A stretch of 64,000 bases of DNA from the human T2T-CHM13v2.0 reference genome, Homo sapiens, in the NCBI RefSeq assembly GCF_009914755.1, contig NC_060944.1; one strand, written 5' to 3'. Numbering within the stretch: position 1 is the first letter of the stretch; each line of letters opens with the position of its first letter. Both the position numbers and the translations under genes were made by a program. Positions 58,535-64,000 of this stretch are shown here, in pieces. The notes under the pieces are model-generated. The model saw only the letters and a list, made by a program, of their open reading frames with translations, searched no databases and was not told the DNA's origin.

Positions 58535-58917
58535 TCTAATGAATTTCACTTCTGTTTCTTAGCACCTCCCTGACTCTTCTGTTCCCTAGAGTGGAAGGAG
58601 GGTCTGGGAAAGGACCTTTGCCTGAAACTAAGAAGTCAACATGATACCCCTCAATATCCCACCTGGGAAGGGAGCTGCCAATGAGCCGAAGCAGATGGGG
58701 AGGAGATGAAACTGGGCTATCGGCTTTGCAGGCTGGAGCCCCCTCCTGTATCTGCCTTATCTTCTGGTATCCCCAGCACTTGACCCTTGGCCTTGTAGAA
58801 AGCAGGAATGTGATACATGTTTGGTGAATGAATGAGTGAATTAATTAATTAATTTAATATATTAATTTGTATCTATTTCAAATAGAGTCTGAAGCTCAAT
58901 TAATACTTTAAAAATAC

Positions 58918-59222
58918 AGCTGGGCATGGTGGCTCACACCTGTAATCCCAGCACTTTGGGAGGCCAAGGCGGGAGCATCGTCCAAGAGTTTAAGGCTAGC
59001 TTGGGCAACATGGTGAAACCCCATCTCTACCAAAAATTTAAAAAAAAAAGAATTAGCTAGGCATGGTGGTATGCGCCTGTAGTCCCAGCTACTCAGGAGA
59101 CTGAGGTGGGGGAATCACTTGATCCTGGGAGGGTGAGACTGCAGTGAGCTGAGATCACGGCACTGCCCTCCAGCCTGGGTGACAAGGTGTGGCCCTGTCT
59201 CAAAAATAAATAAAAATAAAAA
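58918..59222 (+). mobile_element. AluJ
   Basis: Diverged dimer; TSD-like AAAAATAC. Confidence 0.9.
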
Positions 59223-59615
59223 TACTATATAATCATTCATTCTAAAACAGAAGTTATAATCATGCCTATCCCTAGGGCCATTGGGAAGATTAAATCCATG
59301 AATAAATGTAAAACACTTAGACCAGCGCCTGGCACATACCAATCCCGCAATAAGCTATTCATGTAAACTGAGAGTAGGTTGTCCCACTCCATGTGGGATT
59401 AGGGGTCAGTGTAGGACCAGGGTCAGAGATCAAGGGGAGAATCACGCAAAAATTTAGTATGAAGTTAGGATTAGAGGACCAGTTTGTGTCCACCCAGCAG
59501 TCAGATTTTTTAGTTACCATCTATTTGTTTATTTATGTCCCACATTGTTCCAGGAGGAGTCAAGGCAGCTTTCAGGAATTCTAACTACAGAAATCAAGAA
59601 AGAGAAAGATCAAAG

Positions 59616-60069
59616 TTACTATGGACTGAATGTTTGTGTCCTCCCCAAAATTAATATGTTGAAGCCTAATCCCTAATGGGATGGTATTAAGAGGTGAGAC
59701 CTTTGAGAGGTGATTACGTCATGAAGGTGGGGCTCTCATGAATGGGATTAGTTCCCTTTTAAGAAGAAACATAAAAGGAAAAAAAGAAAGAAAGAAAAAA
59801 AGAAAAAATAATAAAAAGAGAAGAAACGTAAGAGAGACCTCTCTCTCTCTCTTTCAATCAATCAATAGCTAGATCTCCCCCTCTCTACCATGTGAGGATA
59901 CAACAAGAACACAGCCCTCTGCAAAGCAAGAAGAGTGTCCCCACCAGATACTGAATCTTCCAGCACCTTGAACTTGGACATCTCAGCCTCCAAAACCATG
60001 ATAAATAAAATTCTGTTATTTCAGCCACCGAGTATGTGGTATTCTGTTATAGCAGCCTGAACTAAGACG
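59616..60069 (+). mobile_element. MLT1A-like MaLR solo LTR
   Basis: CTATGGACTGAATGTTTGTGTCC ... GTTATAGCAGCCTGAACTAAGAC. Confidence 0.85.
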
Positions 60070-60663
60070 AAATGGAGGTGTTACTCCCCAAGGGTACTCA
60101 TGCTGGCACCCTGAGGCCTTCTCAGCACAGAGCTGCAAATGGGCAACCAAATCTCAGGCCTTGCTGGTCATTCTGAAGGTCACACTGACAGCCTATGGTC
60201 AAGCAGAGCCAGCTGCACGAAGTCCTGGTAAGAATTCCATGAGATCCCCCATGCAAAGTGTTGGCACAGAGTAAGTTCTCAACACATGTTGCTATTGCTA
60301 TCAGTGCACAGGCTGAGGTGAATGCGCAGCGAGCAGCAGGGACCAGCATTTTATCACTGGCCAGAGCAGTGCATTCTCTCCCCATGAGCAGCCCTGGATT
60401 CAGAGCCAGAAAAAGTGGATGTTCAATGGCATCAGATTGGGGGAGCCAAATAAATTCCACGGGGCCACCCTGACCAGCAGCTGTAGAGATACTGGAAGTC
60501 TGTTGGCTACAACCCTCTCTCCTCGGAATGTGCCTGGACAGGCTCTGGCAGCTCTGGGCTCTGAATGACCAAACCCCAGCCCACCAGACATGACTTTTCC
60601 CTATATAGCTGGATATATTTGGCTAGATGAGGACAAGTCCACAAGGCATATTTCAAATGTGGA

Positions 60664-60664
<1 letters not shown>

Positions 60665-60694
<30 letters not shown>
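60665..60694 (+). repeat. (TG)n microsatellite
   Basis: Direct reading. Confidence 0.95.
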
Positions 60695-60695
<1 letters not shown>

Positions 60696-60704
60696 TGGGG
60701 GGTT

Positions 60705-61490
60705 GTATTCAGTTCCCATTGCTGCTGTAACAACTTAACCACTTAAACAATACATAGTATTTTACAGTCCTGCAAGTCAGAACAGGGCGAAAAATCAAGG
60801 TTTCCACAGAGCCGCATTCTTCCTGGAGGCTCTAGGGTAAAATGTGTTCCTTGCCTCTTCCAGCTTCTAAAGGCCGCCCACATTCCATAGACTTGTGGCC
60901 CTTATCCATCTTCAAGCCAGCCATTGAATCACTCTAACCTTTGATTCTACTTTTTGTTGTTGTTGTTGTTGTTGTTGAGACAGGATCTCACTCTGTCACC
61001 CAGGCTGGAGTGCAGTGGCGCAATCACGGCTCACTGAAGTCTTGGCTTCCCGGGCCCGTGTGATCCTCCCACCTCAGCCTCCCAAGTAGCTGGACTTCAG
61101 GCATGCACCACCACACCCAGCTAACTTTTTGTATTTTTTGTACAGACAGGATCTCTCTGTTTTGCCCAGGCTGGTCTCAAACTCCTGGACTGAAGCAACC
61201 CACCTGCCTCAGCCTCCAAAGTGCTGAGATTACTGGCATGAGCTACCATGCCGAGCCTTGACCTCTGACTCTATCATCACGGCTCTTTCTCTGACTTTCA
61301 TCCTGCCTTCCTCTTATAAGGACCTTGTGATTACACTGGGCCCAGCCAGATAATCCAGGATCATCTTCCCGTCTCAAGATCATTAGCTTAATCATGTCTG
61401 CAAAGTCCCTTGGGCCATGTTAAGGTTAAAGTGTTTGCAGGTTCCGGGAGTTTTGATGCAAAATATCTTTGGGGGCCAAGCTTCTGCCTG
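60705..61490 (-). mobile_element. MLT1C-like LTR split by AluJ
   Basis: TGTATTCAGTTCCCATTGCTGCTGTAACAA ... TAAGGACCTTGTGATTACACTGGGCCCAGCCAGATAATCCAGG. Confidence 0.75.
60951..61257 (-). mobile_element. AluJ with (TTG)n tail
   Basis: GAGACAGGATCTCACTCTGTC...GATCCTCCCACCTCAGCC. Confidence 0.92.
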
Positions 61491-61827
61491 CCCCAGGGGC
61501 CTAGTGTTATAAACTCTTAAGATGCTGTGAATCTCCTGCCCTCTGCTCTCCCAAGAGAGGGACTCTGGAGCCAAAAAAACATTTCTAAGTCCAGAAAGAA
61601 TTTTGGCAAAATGTCCCATCAGAAGATAAAGGAAAGGGGTGAATTATCTCTTTGGGTCTTTCCAGACTGAGCAAGATATTATTCACCTGTGTTGCCCATC
61701 CGGGGTCCAGGGTAAAAGACAGCAGCCAGTATCCAGCTTCACCTGCTGGGAGTAACCCAGGCCACAAAAGACTTCTTACCTCCTTGCTCACTTGTGATTC
61801 AAAAGGCCATTTCTTTACCTCCTGAGA

Positions 61828-61998
61828 TGGCCCAAAGAAGCAATGGCCCAGGGACCATTTTGGGGAGCTGCCTTCTAGATCTGCAGAAAGTATAAAATGG
61901 TTCCAAGCAAAGAAACACTGGACTTCCCGGGGTTCCAGATCCACCTTCCACATCAGAGCCCCAATTCCCACTTTAACTGACTTGCTGGCACTGTGTCT
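61828..61998 (+). repeat. Inverted repeat, left arm (171 bp)
   Basis: Reverse complement of 63133-63303 with 4 mismatches and no gaps. Confidence 0.97.
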
Positions 61999-62713
61999 CT
62001 CTGTGTGCCCCAGAAGAAATTTCTTCCAAATCTTAATAATAGGAATAGGCATTTTCTCTGGGGGGAAACTGTTCTGCTTTTTACCTGACAAGCTTTATGA
62101 ATCATGTGATGGATTACATTTCCCTTTTCACAATGGCTGCTAGGAAGCTCAGAGTCAGATTTGTGGCCCATGGTTTCCAACTACCTAGGAGTCTATAAAC
62201 TGCATTGCTTGCACTAACCTCTCCCTTGATTGCTCTTAGCTTTCTTCTCCCATTTCCCCTTTGTCCCTGTTTCTTCATCCCCCTATTTTTTACTTTTTAC
62301 TCTTGAAATTGTTAGTCCTTGAGATGAAATAGAAATGAGGGTGACAAGATTGCCTTTGAGAGTTAAATGCAGTTAAATGTTGTTAAATGCTGGGATCAGC
62401 CAAGCCTGTCCAGAGCAAAGAAGTGAAAAGTCTCCAGGTGGAGACAGAACAGCTTTCAGGTACCAATGTTTGATTGTAACCTGGGTTTGATGTGGTCCCT
62501 AGCAGGGTCTCCATTCCCCAGTCTGTCTTCCTCTACACACTCCTGCCTAGTGATTAATAGACCAGGTTCTGATCTTGGTATTTGACCACTTCCTCCTTCA
62601 GACTATGAAGGTTGACCACTTCCAAGGTATGTGTTTCCTGTAAGCAGAGACAAAAATCAGCCTGTCATTTAAATAAGAGAAAATGTATGACTTTTAGCTA
62701 AAATAATTGTTTT

Positions 62714-63386
<673 letters not shown>

Positions 63387-63388
63387 TT

Positions 63389-63395
<7 letters not shown>

Positions 63396-63426
<31 letters not shown>

Positions 63427-63544
63427 ATAATATAAATGTATGTGTAGGTATATACACACTTCTAGGCACAGAAATGCCTACCTATGTTCACCAATGGACA
63501 TATGCTACAAGAGTAGTACACTAGTATACTCTTGTATATTACTC

Positions 63545-63576
<32 letters not shown>
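63396..63576 (+). repeat. (TG)n (63396-63423) and (TA)n (63548-63576) microsatellites
   Basis: Direct reading. Confidence 0.92.
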
Positions 63577-63583
<7 letters not shown>

Positions 63584-63675
63584 GATATAAAACAAATAAT
63601 GCTAAATCCCAATTTAGCAAAAAAATTACTTCCTATTGAATCTTCCAAGCTTAAGTGCAACAAAATGTCTGATCA

Positions 63676-63996
<321 letters not shown>

Positions 63997-64000
63997 TTAC

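Noticed and set aside
58825-58870. (AATT)n palindromic run rich in TAAT
   Set aside because: Follows a TGAATGAATGA L2-type tail, so most likely a degenerated repeat tail.

Overview
Primate, almost certainly human or great-ape, non-coding genomic DNA. It carries about 30 Alu copies (FLAM/FRAM, AluJ, AluS, AluY types), many old L1M, L2 and MIR fragments, and one near full-length ancient L1MA-type LINE with recognisable target-site duplications (TSDs) at 47690-56546. It also has MaLR/ERV LTRs (THE1D-like, MLT1, MER41B, an LTR12/ERV9 fragment) and hAT MITEs (MER1A, MER3, MER5A, MER20, MER53, MER94, Charlie1). I found no supportable protein-coding exon, RNA gene or CpG island; the supplied ORFs are repeat-derived or chance ORFs, and only the L1 ORF2 remnants are real, dead coding sequence. 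Short AT-rich, homeodomain-motif-dense unique blocks and one strong CTCF motif suggest a gene desert or large intron of a developmental locus (inference; I cannot place the locus). The most unusual signals are: (1) a 171-bp, 97.7%-identical inverted repeat of apparently non-TE DNA around a 1134-bp spacer (61828-63303); (2) an LTR12 lacking its whole U3 yet flanked by a 4-bp direct repeat; (3) a locally templated ~105-bp insertion with stutter repeats inside the L1; (4) a perfect 7x44-bp minisatellite; (5) a MER41B with both tandem STAT GAS sites intact. Repeat subfamily names come from recalled consensus sequences and need RepeatMasker/Dfam confirmation. I cannot claim a new biological system from sequence alone; the inverted repeat is the best lead.
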